Source: Lama glama (taxonomy: Eukaryota). From it: a stretch of 64,000 bases of DNA. The position numbers and the translations under genes were made by a program. How positions within the stretch are numbered: position 1 is the stretch's first letter; each line of letters opens with the position of its first letter. The notes beneath the pieces are model-generated. The model saw nothing but the letters and a program-made list of their open reading frames with translations. It did no database searches and was not told the origin of the DNA. The stretch is from positions 24,182,001 to 24,246,000 of the forward strand of contig CM052817.1 of NCBI GenBank assembly GCA_028534125.1. The letters are read 5' to 3'. Below, piece by piece: positions 51,471 to 63,042 of the stretch.

Positions 51471-53875
51471 ACATGTGTTTTAACTCACAGACATTGAAAA
51501 GAAGAAGTAGTGAAGCAACTGGGACAGGATACTATAATTCACCTGTCAACAGAGGCAAAAGCATTGTGGCTGAAATAAATTATCTGACAAAGAAAAGTTA
51601 CAATTGCATTTATGCAAGGTTACTTTTGAAGAAAAAAAGTGAGTGTTGATTTAGTGAAGCCATTTACTAGACTATTGACCTTCTCTTATGGATCTGTCCA
51701 CAGTAAAATGGAATTAATTTGGCTACCTTTTAATGGAATGGACATTTCCCCCATGTATTTGAAGGCAGATACAGTCTCACTTGTATCTGGGTCTTTGCAC
51801 ATATGACTTAAATCTCTTTTCTTCCTCTCCCTGTATGACTCAAAGATTAATAGGTGTTTCATCTGGGGAGATTTTTGGCTCACCATTCCCTTTCCAACTA
51901 TGTTATGTGCCTATGCCATAAGCTTTCCTGGGACACTCTACTTCCCTATCAGACTGTTTAACTAGCTTTATTATTGTTGCTTAATTTACTATCATCTCAG
52001 ATAATTTTCATGGAGGGCAAGGAAACTCCTTCAGTTTCCTACCATCCTACAGCCATACTTGCCATTGCTTCTCTAGAACATGGCCCCTCTAAGGCTTCCA
52101 AGAATAATTTGCTGGATGATGAGATTACTCCTAATATCTATTAAGTCACAATGCCTCCTATCTTCAACAGTACAGGAAACACAAAAAGCATTAAAAATAT
52201 GTTTCTAAAGAACTGACAATTGCTTGTGAGGATGAGGCATATAGAATGTAAACTGACAAACAGCTGTCATGTGAGCTGCAGGAGAACATGTGATGCAAAT
52301 CATGGTCCTTCACTGACTCCAGAATCCTCCACCCCTGACTTTTCTTTTTGCAGAGAAAGACATGAGCATAGGACGCCAGGTCTCACGTGGAGGGGATTAT
52401 CAGCAGCTTTTTCTTTATTCCTTTAAATGCACAATGTCCCCAAGAGAAGTTTGTGCAAATATGCCAGAGGTATTTTGTCAGCATTGACATTTGCATGACA
52501 ATCTCCCAAGTGGTAAATTTCTACTTCCATGTACACACTGACTAATTACATATTTTCCTTCACCATTAACTTGTCCTTTTCCTAGTTGATGTATACTGTC
52601 ACAACTGCACTTTGGTCTAGCAATAACTTATAGAAGCTTGTAATGTCTTTCTTCACTAAAATTCCAACCAAGGGTCAGGAAGCTTTCTAACCATAAAACA
52701 CAAGTGCAGAATGTCTTTCTCACACAATCTTTCTATCCAGTGACAAGAACATTTGCCAGAAGCTGTTCCAAAAAGCCAACCCCTACTAGATGTAGTAAAA
52801 GTATAAATATAGTTTGATTTGGAAATTGACTCATGTTTTTTACATAATTGCAGCTAGATAAAACTGAAGCTTTAGAGATTTGAAATTCCAATCAATCTGA
52901 TCTGAAATAAATGTAAATCCTACAGTAAGTGAATAAATAGCACATTTGCAAAATGATAAATGGCAGTTATTGAATTCAACTAAGCAGTATCAACCAATAA
53001 ACTCTGAACACATTGAGAAGAGAGAAAATTACATTTGATTACTTATCAGCAAATCCTAAGAGGCAAAGTTTTTTGAAAGGTTATGGAAATTGTACAGCAT
53101 GTTAAGTTATTAGGGATGGGAACATATTTCTTACTTGAGTACTTGGTTACTCCGACCTCTTGTTCATGTCAAACTAAATTCTAGCTCAAAGTTACAGTGT
53201 ACTGAATTCCACCTCCACAAAGGTTATATGACATGTTTGTCACTTTTGATGACAATTGTCTTTTACAGAAATGAACCTTTCTACAAGCCTTTGACATGTG
53301 ACCTATAAAAATTTACATGAAATTTAGATCTTTGCTACTATGGATTTTTAACGGACTTTTATTTATTAGAGAAGTTTATTTTGATATAATGAAAAATAAA
53401 CACGGGGAAATTCTTTAAGTTAGAATTTTCTTCCTTGATGCAAATACAGCTTGGTTGCAAATACAGCTTGATTGCAAACACCGCTCAGTGACACAGTTGA
53501 TTAATCTACAATATATTTACTTTGCATTATCCTGGGCATTGGATTGTATATTTTATAAACAAAAAAGATTTGGAACTGTAGCTCCCGTAGGACTAAAGGA
53601 ATAAATACAAATGATAATTCAATGTGCTTGGTCACAAGCATTCATTCAACATTTGTCAAACCTTTCATATAAGGTTTAGTTTAAGATTTCTACTGGATAT
53701 AGATGAACCAAATACAATCCTTAAGGAATGTATAGTCTATATGCAAGATCAGACTGGTATGCAAATAACTTCAATACAGGATAGAACACAATCATCAGTA
53801 AGCGACATAAAGATAAAGTCACAGGAGAATTCAGGAGTAGAAAAAACTTTTTGGCTGACGGAAAAAGAAAACACC

Positions 53876-54325
53876 TATCGTGGATTAAAATGTGTCCTGC
53901 AAAAGATATGTCAAAGTCCTAATCCCACTATCTGTGAATGTGACCTTATTTGGAAATTTTGTATTTTCAGATACAATTAAGTAAGGGATATCTGGATGAG
54001 ATAATTTTGGAATAAGGGTAGGCCCTAATCCAATGACTGTAAGAGAAAAGAAAGAGAAATTTGAGACCAAGAGCCACAGGGAAGGAGGTGATGTGAAGAC
54101 GAAGGCAGAGATCAGAGTTATGTTGCCACAAACCAAGGAAGCCTGCAGTTCCCACATGCTGGAATAAGCAAACAAGGATTCTCTCCTGAGATTTCAGAGA
54201 AAGTGTGGTCCTGTCAATGCCTTGATTTTGGATTTTGGCCTTCAAAATTCTGAGGGAATCAATTCCTGTGATTTTAAGCTTCCAACCCTTGTAGTAATTT
54301 GTTATACACGTAGGAAAGTAATATA
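53876..54325 (+). mobile_element. MLT1C-like MaLR solo LTR inserted in an antisense L2 (~53636-54480)
   Basis: aaaagatatgtcaaagtcctaatccc...gtgaatgtgaccttatttggaaa...tgtgaagacgaaggcagagat...taggaaagtaatata; TSD acacc / ccacc. Confidence 0.9.
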
Positions 54326-54554
54326 CCACCACCTACAGAGACAACATATGGGTTGAATCATGAAGGATGGATTCTATTTGGACAGTCAAAGCTTTTCATG
54401 TAGCAGAATGCATGACATTCCTTGCAGAAAGAATACTTGAGTAAAGACTTGGGGAGTTGGGGATGATTGAAGGGAAAAGGAAGTAAGTTTTTCAGCATCC
54501 TAGAATAATAAATGAATGATGTGGAAAAGTAGAAGAGACCAGAAGAGAACAGGG

Positions 54555-54750
54555 GTTAATTTTCTCTTTGAAGGCTCTACGGGAGGATCCTTGCCTGCTT
54601 CTTCCAGCTTCTGGGGCTCCAGGCTTCTGTGCCTTGTGATGGCATAATTATACTCTCTACCTTCATCTTCACACGGCCTTCTCCCCTGTGTCTCATGTCT
54701 CAAAGCTCTCTGCTCATCAGTCATTGGATTAGAGCCACCCATACCTCCAG
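54555..54750 (-). mobile_element. MLT1C-like LTR fragment
   Basis: gaaggctctacgggaggatccttgcctgcttcttccagcttctgg...cttcacacggccttctccc...cagtcattggattagag. Confidence 0.8.
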
Positions 54751-54767
54751 AGAATTGGGGTTGCAGT

Positions 54768-54788
54768 GTAGAGAGAGAGAGAGAGAGA
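54768..54788. repeat. (GA)n microsatellite
   Basis: agagagagagagagagagaa, read directly. Confidence 0.85.
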
Positions 54789-55054
54789 AGGAAGTGTGAG
54801 TAGGAACAAAAAAAGTTGGAAACCAGCATAGAAACCATTGGAGAAAGAGATGAAGCAAAATGATAAAAATATATATATATGCATCTCTGGTAGAGATGCC
54901 AAGGAGCATGAGACCTAGAGAATGAGACTCTTGGTTACTGTTGTTTCTCTGAAGTGCAGACATTTTAGGCAGAATATTTTTGAGAGAGAAGAACCAGTCA
55001 CTGTATTTGCATGGATGAGTACTCTAATAATATGAGAGATATATTTTCCTTATT

Positions 55055-55480
55055 TAAAGTTTTTACACAATTTTGAAATCAGGAAATATGATGCCTCCAG
55101 CTTTGCTCTTCTTGCTAAAGATCACTTTTGTTATTCATGGTCTTTTGTGATTCCAAATGAAATTTAGCATTTTTTATTCTGTTTCTGAAAATACCATTGG
55201 GATTTTGATTGAGACTGCACTGAATCTGTAGATGATTTTGGATAGTATAGAGATTTAACAAGATTAATTATTACAATCCATGCACCCAGGATGCCTTTCC
55301 ATTCTTCTGCGTCTTCTTTAATTTTTTTCATCAATGGTTTATAATTACCAGTGGACAAGTCTTTCAACCTCTTTGGTTAACTTTATTCCTAAATATTTTA
55401 TTATGTTTGTTGCTATTGTGAATGGGAATGTTTTCTTACTTTCCTTTTCAAATATTTAATTGATTGTATACAGAAATATA
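55055..55480 (-). mobile_element. L1 ORF2 (RT-downstream) fragment
   Basis: Minus ORF MKDLSTGNYKPLMKKIKEDAEEWKGILGAWIVIINLVK resembles L1 ORF2 KDL..ENYK.L.KEIKED..KWK.IPCSWI.RINIVK. Confidence 0.9.
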
Positions 55481-56145
55481 GATGTCTGTTGATGGAGGAT
55501 TAGACAAAGAAAATGTGTTAAATATTACATGTGTACATATAATATACATATTGGAATATATATAATATAAAATATTATGTACATTATATATAATACTATT
55601 TAGCCTTAAAAAAAGAAAAAATTCTACCATTTAATGACTCTCCCTACCTAAAAAGAAGGAAATCTTACCATTTGATAACATAGATGAACATGGAGAATAT
55701 TATGCTAAATAAAATAAGCCAAACACAGAAAGGCAAATACTGTGTGGTCTCACTTCCATGTGGAATCTAAAATAGTTTAACTCACAGAAGCAGAAAGTAG
55801 AATGATGGCAGCCACGGACCAGGGCAAGGGGGAAATGGGGAGATTGGTTAAAGGACACAAAGTTTTAGTTATGCAAGATGAATAAGTTCTGTAGATCTAA
55901 TGCACAGCAATGTGACTATAGTTAACAATACTGTATTGTATACTTGAAATTTCCTAAAAAAGGAGATCTTAAGTGTCCTCACCACACAAACCATATGCAC
56001 AAGAAAATGGTAACTATGTAAGCAAATATGCTACTTAGCTTGTTTGAGGTAATTATTTCACAATGTATATCAATACATTAAGTTATACATCTTAAGTATA
56101 TACAGTATTTGTTTGCCAACTATACCCCAATAAAGCTGGAAAAAC
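55481..56145 (+). mobile_element. L1MA/MB-like 3' end
   Basis: aaaataagccaaacacagaaaggcaaatactg...aagatgaataagttctgtagatctaatgcacagcaatgtgactatagtt...caataaagctggaaaaa. Confidence 0.9.
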
Positions 56146-56597
56146 ATCTTTAGAATATATTACAGTTTTTGTAAATAGGATTGTTTTTCAATTAGTTTCC
56201 TGATCAAGTCCCTTTCTGCTTAGAAGTTAATACTTTTTGCTTTCATCTCTGCTCACCTGAATTTATTTTCCTTTTCTATCCCAAGTGGATTTGTTTGAAT
56301 TGTTTCATATCTCCAAGAAAAAAAATGTATTACTCTTTTTTCTTATCTTCTCAACAAGATCTTTTAGAGATACTTGTTATTTTTAATTTTAAATTGTTTT
56401 TCATAAGAATTTTGTCATAATCTTTTATAAAAGTGAATGTTTTGAATTATGGATTGAATAATAATTAAGAAAGACATGCAATATAATTCAATGATAAATC
56501 ACTTTGAATCTACCATATTGATTGTTAAGCATAGATTTTTTTAGGATTGCAAAATACTTTTACATAAATTATCTCATTTGCTCTTTATAATAGCATT

Positions 56598-56789
56598 CAG
56601 TGATGTGCAGATAAACTAGCTCTTAAAAAATAAAACCCAACTCTGACTTATAATGCATGACAATCTCTGTGGTGTAAATACTCCTACCATGGCCAATTTT
56701 TACCTACAAATGATTTAAAAGTGGTTTGTAAATCTCATGAATATTTAATAATCATCTCTTGCCAGCAAATCAGTTCCAGCACATTACTG
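56598..56789. mobile_element. MER63A-like hAT MITE inserted in an antisense MIR (~56560-56920)
   Basis: cagtgatgtgc...gcacattactg TIRs; core tgtggtgtaaatactcctaccatggccaattt. Confidence 0.85.
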
Positions 56790-57019
56790 GATGTTGGGCC
56801 TCATATCCTCACTTTTTCAAAGACAAACAGAAGCCAAGACAAATAGTAAGTTTTTCAAATTCACACAGCTAGAGTGACAGCTCAGGTCATCCTATTCCAT
56901 ACAACATGCTCTTTTCACTTGATACATTTACCTCCCTCTTTATCCATAATAATGCAAGTTTTCACTAAATGCTTTAAGTCTCTTGCCTATTCATAAAATA
57001 ATTTGAGGTACATACAGGT

Positions 57020-57519
57020 NNNNNNNNNNNNNNNNNNNNNNNNNNNNNNNNNNNNNNNNNNNNNNNNNNNNNNNNNNNNNNNNNNNNNNNNNNNNNNNNN
57101 NNNNNNNNNNNNNNNNNNNNNNNNNNNNNNNNNNNNNNNNNNNNNNNNNNNNNNNNNNNNNNNNNNNNNNNNNNNNNNNNNNNNNNNNNNNNNNNNNNNN
57201 NNNNNNNNNNNNNNNNNNNNNNNNNNNNNNNNNNNNNNNNNNNNNNNNNNNNNNNNNNNNNNNNNNNNNNNNNNNNNNNNNNNNNNNNNNNNNNNNNNNN
57301 NNNNNNNNNNNNNNNNNNNNNNNNNNNNNNNNNNNNNNNNNNNNNNNNNNNNNNNNNNNNNNNNNNNNNNNNNNNNNNNNNNNNNNNNNNNNNNNNNNNN
57401 NNNNNNNNNNNNNNNNNNNNNNNNNNNNNNNNNNNNNNNNNNNNNNNNNNNNNNNNNNNNNNNNNNNNNNNNNNNNNNNNNNNNNNNNNNNNNNNNNNNN
57501 NNNNNNNNNNNNNNNNNNN
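57020..57519. other. assembly gap, exactly 500 N
   Basis: Run of N. Confidence 1.
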
Positions 57520-58620
57520 TAACATCAACATCACTTGGTTTTAGTCCCTCTCTCGTGTTGCTTCTTCTTGGTCTCTTTCCAGGCTTACATTTTTGGACTC
57601 ATCTTTTACATTCTAATGCTTCTCAAGATCTGTACTTCTCTTTCTCCTCACATTAAAAACTTTTATGAGCTCTTTTACTCATTCTTGTATCATCAGCCAG
57701 GACCTATTCTTCCAAATCTGTGTTTTTATCCCAGATTTCAATTCCTGATTACAAACCACATAGCCAGCTTCTTAATTTACATCTCTGCTTAGATATCCCT
57801 CAGGGATTTCAAACTTAACACGTCTGAAACATTATTCACCTCCATCAGAAATACTCCTGAATTCCCTGCCTAATCAAGAGTACGTCCACCTACTCAGTCA
57901 CTAGAATCACTTAACACTATTATTTATTCTTCTAACTCCCTTAACTCCACAGCTACTCAGCCACAGTATTCTGTCATTTTACTGACTTTATATTTCTTGA
58001 AATGGTGACCACTTTCCATTCTCCTTGTTGCTATTTTATTTAGACTATTGTCAAAGAGACATAATGGAAGAAGCATCTGATTTTTCAAACAAGATGAACA
58101 TTTTTCCTTCATACCGTGCTGTGAAAAATACATAAAATAATACATAATGAATGCTCGATATTCAACTATTAATAATCCCCTCAAAGGACTTGCTAATCAT
58201 CACAATAAATACAAGTTCCATGGTATGGCCCACAAAGACATTTATGATCTGGTCCTCAGTTTTGTAACTTCTACTTTAAAATCTTCTGTTTGTTAATGCA
58301 AGCCAACTTACTTTTTCTAGAAGCACCTGTGTGTTTTATTCATCATGCAGCCCCGTGATCTTGAACATGTTTCACTGCAGCAATTTATGATGGCTGTCTA
58401 AAAATTTTTATCTATTCCCAATTTTTTCTAAGCTATGAACTCTTACAATTCTTTCCCTTGACACCACTCACCCCCTCAGTCTTTATATATTTAACCATAG
58501 TATTCAGTTAATAGAATTATAAATATATGTTCGATTATTTGTCTCAGAGGTCTTATCTTAGTGGTTACCAAGCCTCTCCAATGTAATAGACACAAGTATA
58601 TAAAAATGAATGAATGAATG
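57520..58620 (+). mobile_element. LINE-2 fragment ending in an (AATG)n tail
   Basis: atttcaaacttaacacgtctgaaac; tatggcccacaaagacatttatgatctggtcc; ends aatgaatgaatgaatg. Confidence 0.8.
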
Positions 58621-59059
58621 TGTCAGCTGAGGGGGGCTGAAGTGGGATTTGAGGAGGTGAGTGGCCCAACTGGAAAAATGTGTGTGGAGCTGCCATACTG
58701 CGAAACAGACTGCACCAGGAGCTGACACGGAGTGAAACAGCACTTTATTCTGTTGCCACAAGGTGGTGCGCGTGGCGGGCGGCAGCGGCGGAGTTCAGTA
58801 CTTTGTTCTAGTTTAACAAGATGGCGCCCCCGTGGCGCCCTTGTCCTGCTTTCATTTATTTTCTGCCTGCACATGCACAGTGTTCATTTTCTTTGTTCAT
58901 GAGGCTTACAGAACACCATTAGTGCATGCGTATCTCTACTTTGTTTTAAAACTTATATAACCAGTGCATGCATACAATCATTATTTACCTCATACTATAA
59001 GGATGTTGTTGTGACCCTGGCCTTGGGCCACACAGCCTACTCATTCAAGGCCACTGACA
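58621..59059 (-). mobile_element. solo LTR, 439 bp; ERVL class inferred from 5-bp TSD
   Basis: 6-bp inverted termini tgtcag...ctgaca; perfect TSD GAATG (58616-58620 / 59060-59064); minus-strand AATAAA at 58744-58749. Confidence 0.88.
58756..58837. promoter_or_regulatory. CpG-rich cassette with CTCF-like and YY1 motifs inside the LTR
   Basis: CCACAAGGTGGTGC (58756-58769), TAACAAGATGGCGC (58814-58827), YY1 core CAAGATGGCG (58817-58826); nine CpGs in ~70 bp. Confidence 0.5.
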
Positions 59060-59099
59060 GAATGATTTAAGGTAGATATTCTGTGTATGACACTGAAAA

Positions 59100-60560
59100 T
59101 TTTAGGAATATAATTGACATTCATGGCTTTAAAAGTAAAGGCGGCATGATAAAGCAGCAGATGGTTATACTGATGACATGAAAAGACAAGATTTGGGTTT
59201 CTAAACAAAGATATGTTCTAGTATAATGATGAATAGACTCTTGGCAAGAATCTAAGAGGTCCTCTGGAGGACTGGAAATACTATTTGAGGTACTCATGAA
59301 GGGAAGTTCAAACTAAAATTTAAAGGAAAGAGAAAAACTAACTTGGGGAAAATAGAGGGAACAAGGAAAGCTAAAAGACCAATTCTACCATTGGAAAAAC
59401 TATAAAATAATTCTCTGGAGAAAGTAATAGGTATAATGTTACTTCTAGGTAGCTATCGGCTAAGAAATAGATGCTATAAGTTGATTAGGCTTGAAATTAA
59501 TTCCTGGTATTTGCCTTGGAGGTTCTAGTCATTCATCAAAGTAGACTAGACTTGGATATTTCTATTAAAGCAAGAGAGTGTTAGAATAGCAGATAATCTA
59601 AAAACATAATTGTCTAGATATAAAATAACATACATTTGTAAGCAGCAATAAAATATCAAGATACTGCACTCATCCTACATTAAAGAATCACAACTGAGAG
59701 GAGGCGATGGATATGAAGAACAGATATGTACAGTCTACTGAAGAAGTTTGGAGAATCCAGATTGTAGGGACCTCTACTCCTCTTTGGGAAGTTAAGTCCA
59801 GGAAAGTAGCAAGAATCTAAAATTTTCCTATTGCTTGTATGATTCAAGGAGAAAAGATATGTATTAGAGAGTCTAAGCAAATGGGCTTAGGTCAGAATTA
59901 TAGAAGGCATGTTTTCTCAGCAGGGTTCATGGAAGACTGAAATATTTTCTGCCAACAAAGTGAAGGTGCTTCACAGATCCAGGTGACTGGAAGGCCATGC
60001 GCAGTTGAGATGAAGAGGATGTAGCAATGACATTCATAAACTAAATTTCCCAGAGAAATAAAAAGGTATCACTGGGTATCAGTGTGGAGTCTTTACAATA
60101 CTTATGCCACTCAGAACATAGAGAAACTGATGAGGATGCTGAACTGGTTAAGATAAAGTTTCTGCCTCTTTAGAGGCAGAAGGGGAGTTTGTGATAGAAA
60201 TTTAGTGCAGTTAAAAACAAAAACAAAAACCAATGGTATTACATTTTTTGCCCCCTAGGATTATATACACTGCCCTTTCAAGCAATCGGGTGAAAAACGG
60301 CCAAATAGAGTCTGGAAAAGAAAACATTCAAGGAAACATGATGGTTGTCTTCCAACATTCGAAGGAATTAAAAATGTAATTTCTGCTGGGTATAGTTTCA
60401 GGAGACAGATGATATTTTCAGTGAGTGGAAATTATAGAGTGACATATTCTTGGTAAATTAAGCAAACAACCAATTATATTGGTGACAGTCTTTTAACAAT
60501 GGAATGAACTCTGTATTGATACATTAAGCTCTGCCACTGAGACCTGGAAGAGAATCAATA
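59100..60560 (+). mobile_element. L3/CR1 LINE remnants (5' region to 3' end, heavily deleted)
   Basis: gatttgggtttcta...gaatagactcttggcaaga (CR1 ORF1-type GF...RLLAR); 3' part aaacatgatggttgtcttccaacattcgaagg...gtggaaattatag...aacaatggaatgaact. Confidence 0.6.
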
Positions 60561-61974
60561 TGAAGGGCTATAGAAGCAACTCTTCAGTTTGGAAGACAAC
60601 AGTGTGCTAGTCTTTCTAATGTGCTATCATGATGGCATGAATTTTCACAGTATATCAAAGCCTCAGCACATGAAGTAGAGACAGTTACTCTGACTAGGAA
60701 ACTAAAAGAGTGCCAAAATAACAAGAATTTTAACCTGTGTCTTAACAAAATTTAAACAAAAAAGGACTTGTGAAAATATGTAAAAACACTCATCAGCTTA
60801 GCAAGTTCTGTTTGAACGGTTATGCCTTTTATGTTTTGCTGAAGCATTTATCCAACTCTGAGACTAATGTATGATAAGACTCTGTCAAGGATAATACGAG
60901 TTCTGTCACACATCTACAGCAATAAAACTTGAAATTATGTGAATTCATTCTTGTGGGGAAAGTAATGACATGAGGAATTCAACATTCACATTGGGAAAAG
61001 ACTGTGTGAATAAAGAATGTTTGTCATTCTTGTCATGCTTTCCTAACTGTGACAAAGACATGTAGGTGACAGAGCTGTAACTGAGTAGTTAATTCTTTTG
61101 CATCTTATCAGCTCTTTACAATGGATGATTAAACACTTGGCTAATCACAAGTTATTTAATGAGAGAGTTTTTATATGATTTTTTAATTTAAGAATTGTTA
61201 ATTCAGTGGCTGCAGGGATCATTTTATGAGATATCTCATAGAAAATGTTTTAAAACCACTGAGATATTCACAAGCAGCATTCAATTATTCATAACTGTGT
61301 CTCTAGCATTATCTTACCCTCTATCCTTATGGACACTGGCTTGGATAATCATCAAAATAATTACTTCTATCACACTGGATAGCAGGCATCATTAATTGAA
61401 AATTGTTGATGTAGAACAGCATCAATATTAGATCAACCGGTAGGAAATCTAATATATTCAATTAAAATAATTCATAACAAAAACACAAGCTAATAAGTAT
61501 AAATAGGGATGAGGATGCTAACAATATTCATTTATCATATTTAAAACATTAAAGTTTATGCGCACAAAGTTGATTTTTATATATGATTACTTTGATAAAC
61601 AAAAAGAAGATATAATGAAAACATTTTAATTACTGGTGGAGGCTTTCAGTCAGTCATTTGCAGAATTAGCACTCAGAGCCTCAAGCTTGGTACAGCTAAT
61701 AGAGTTGTATTTCAAGTGCCATCAATAATTTCTTACAAATTTGGCTTCATTTGTTATTTGTTAGTTTATACTAAATGGTTCTTAAGCCACACATCATTCA
61801 TAGACACTCAACATTACTCATGATTGCAAATGAAAATAGCACTGTAGGTACATAGCTACATAAAATGTCATAGCTACATGGAATTGCATGGTAATTCCAG
61901 AAAGTGAGGTTTTCAATATATTTTTATTTTATCTTTGTCATACCGTTTCTTGTGCTGAACAATACACTATATTA

Positions 61975-62200
61975 ATGATATCTACTGTTCATGGAATGTA
62001 TATGCTGTAACTATTTTAAGTGTTTTAAACATATTCTCATTTGATCCATACAACACATGATACAGGTACTATTTTATTCTAAGTTGACCACATGGAAACT
62101 GAGCATCAAAGAAGTTAACTAACTTGTCCAGGATGTCTAATAAGTGGAGGATCAGTTTCTAAGTAGGTTTTGAAGTCCATTCATGTCACCACTAATCTAT
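61975..62200 (-). mobile_element. MIR SINE
   Basis: ctcatttgatccataacaac...ggaaactgagcatcaaagaagttaactaacttgtccaggat. Confidence 0.8.
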
Positions 62201-62554
62201 GCTGACTCTTGTACATGGTCCTTGTACTTTTAAAAAGTTGCTTAAATAAGTCTTTCCTTTTTATTTTCACTTTTGGATGGATCCCCAGCTCTGAGAATGT
62301 TTATTTAATGCCTGAACATTCTAGAAAGAAACATCATACCATCCTTAGCAAATTTAATTGGTAGACACTAAAAATCAGTTTAATGACCTTTAGGCTATCA
62401 CTGACCTTGAAAGTATATAAAAACTTGAATATTGATTAGGAAAGTGAGTATTTCTTTAGGAAGAAGAGTAATTTTAGAGTGTAGTAGTCTCTTTCCCTCT
62501 TTCAACTTCATAGTATGGTGGGATTACTTCCCTTAACCGAATCCAAGGACACCA

Positions 62555-63042
62555 ACTAGTTTCTTGCCACATAACTAACCACCACAAAATTTAAAGATGG
62601 AAAATAACAGCCATTGATTTTGGTTTTAATTATGTGGCTCAACCACTGGGGCTGCATTCAGTTGAGCAGTCCCTGGTTTCGGCTGGACTCACGCCTCTGC
62701 CTTTAGCTATGTGACAGATGAGGGAGGGCTGACCTAGGGAAAGTTCAGCTGAGATGGCTTATGTGGATTCCGTGTGGCCTCTCACCCTCCACCTGCTTCG
62801 CCCATACTTATCCACATGGCAGAGGTGATAGGGCCCCAAGTGGGACAGTAGAAATATGCAAGATCTTCCGAGTACTAGCCTTGGGACTAGCCCAACAATG
62901 CTTTTTCCTGCTCAGACTAAGTCCCTTTTTAAGGGTGGAGAAGTAGACTCAACCCTCTGATGAGAGGTGCCGCAAAGTCATGTTGCAAAGAGTGTGGATA
63001 CAGGAAGAGTAGAGAATTTGGGCCATTTTTGCACTTTACACC
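62555..63042 (-). mobile_element. MLT1G/H-like MaLR LTR
   Basis: cataactaaccaccacaaaattta...tcggctggactcac...gtggcctctcaccctcca...agtagactcaaccctctgatgagagg...gccatttttgca. Confidence 0.8.

Noticed and set aside
51242..51649. 135-aa ORF, and the 135-aa ORF at 62960-63367
   Set aside because: Both begin within decayed LTRs and show no recognisable domain or splice context.
58558..58874. GC-rich segment as a gene promoter CpG island with ORFs
   Set aside because: It is far too short for a CpG island and lies entirely within a TSD-bounded solo LTR.
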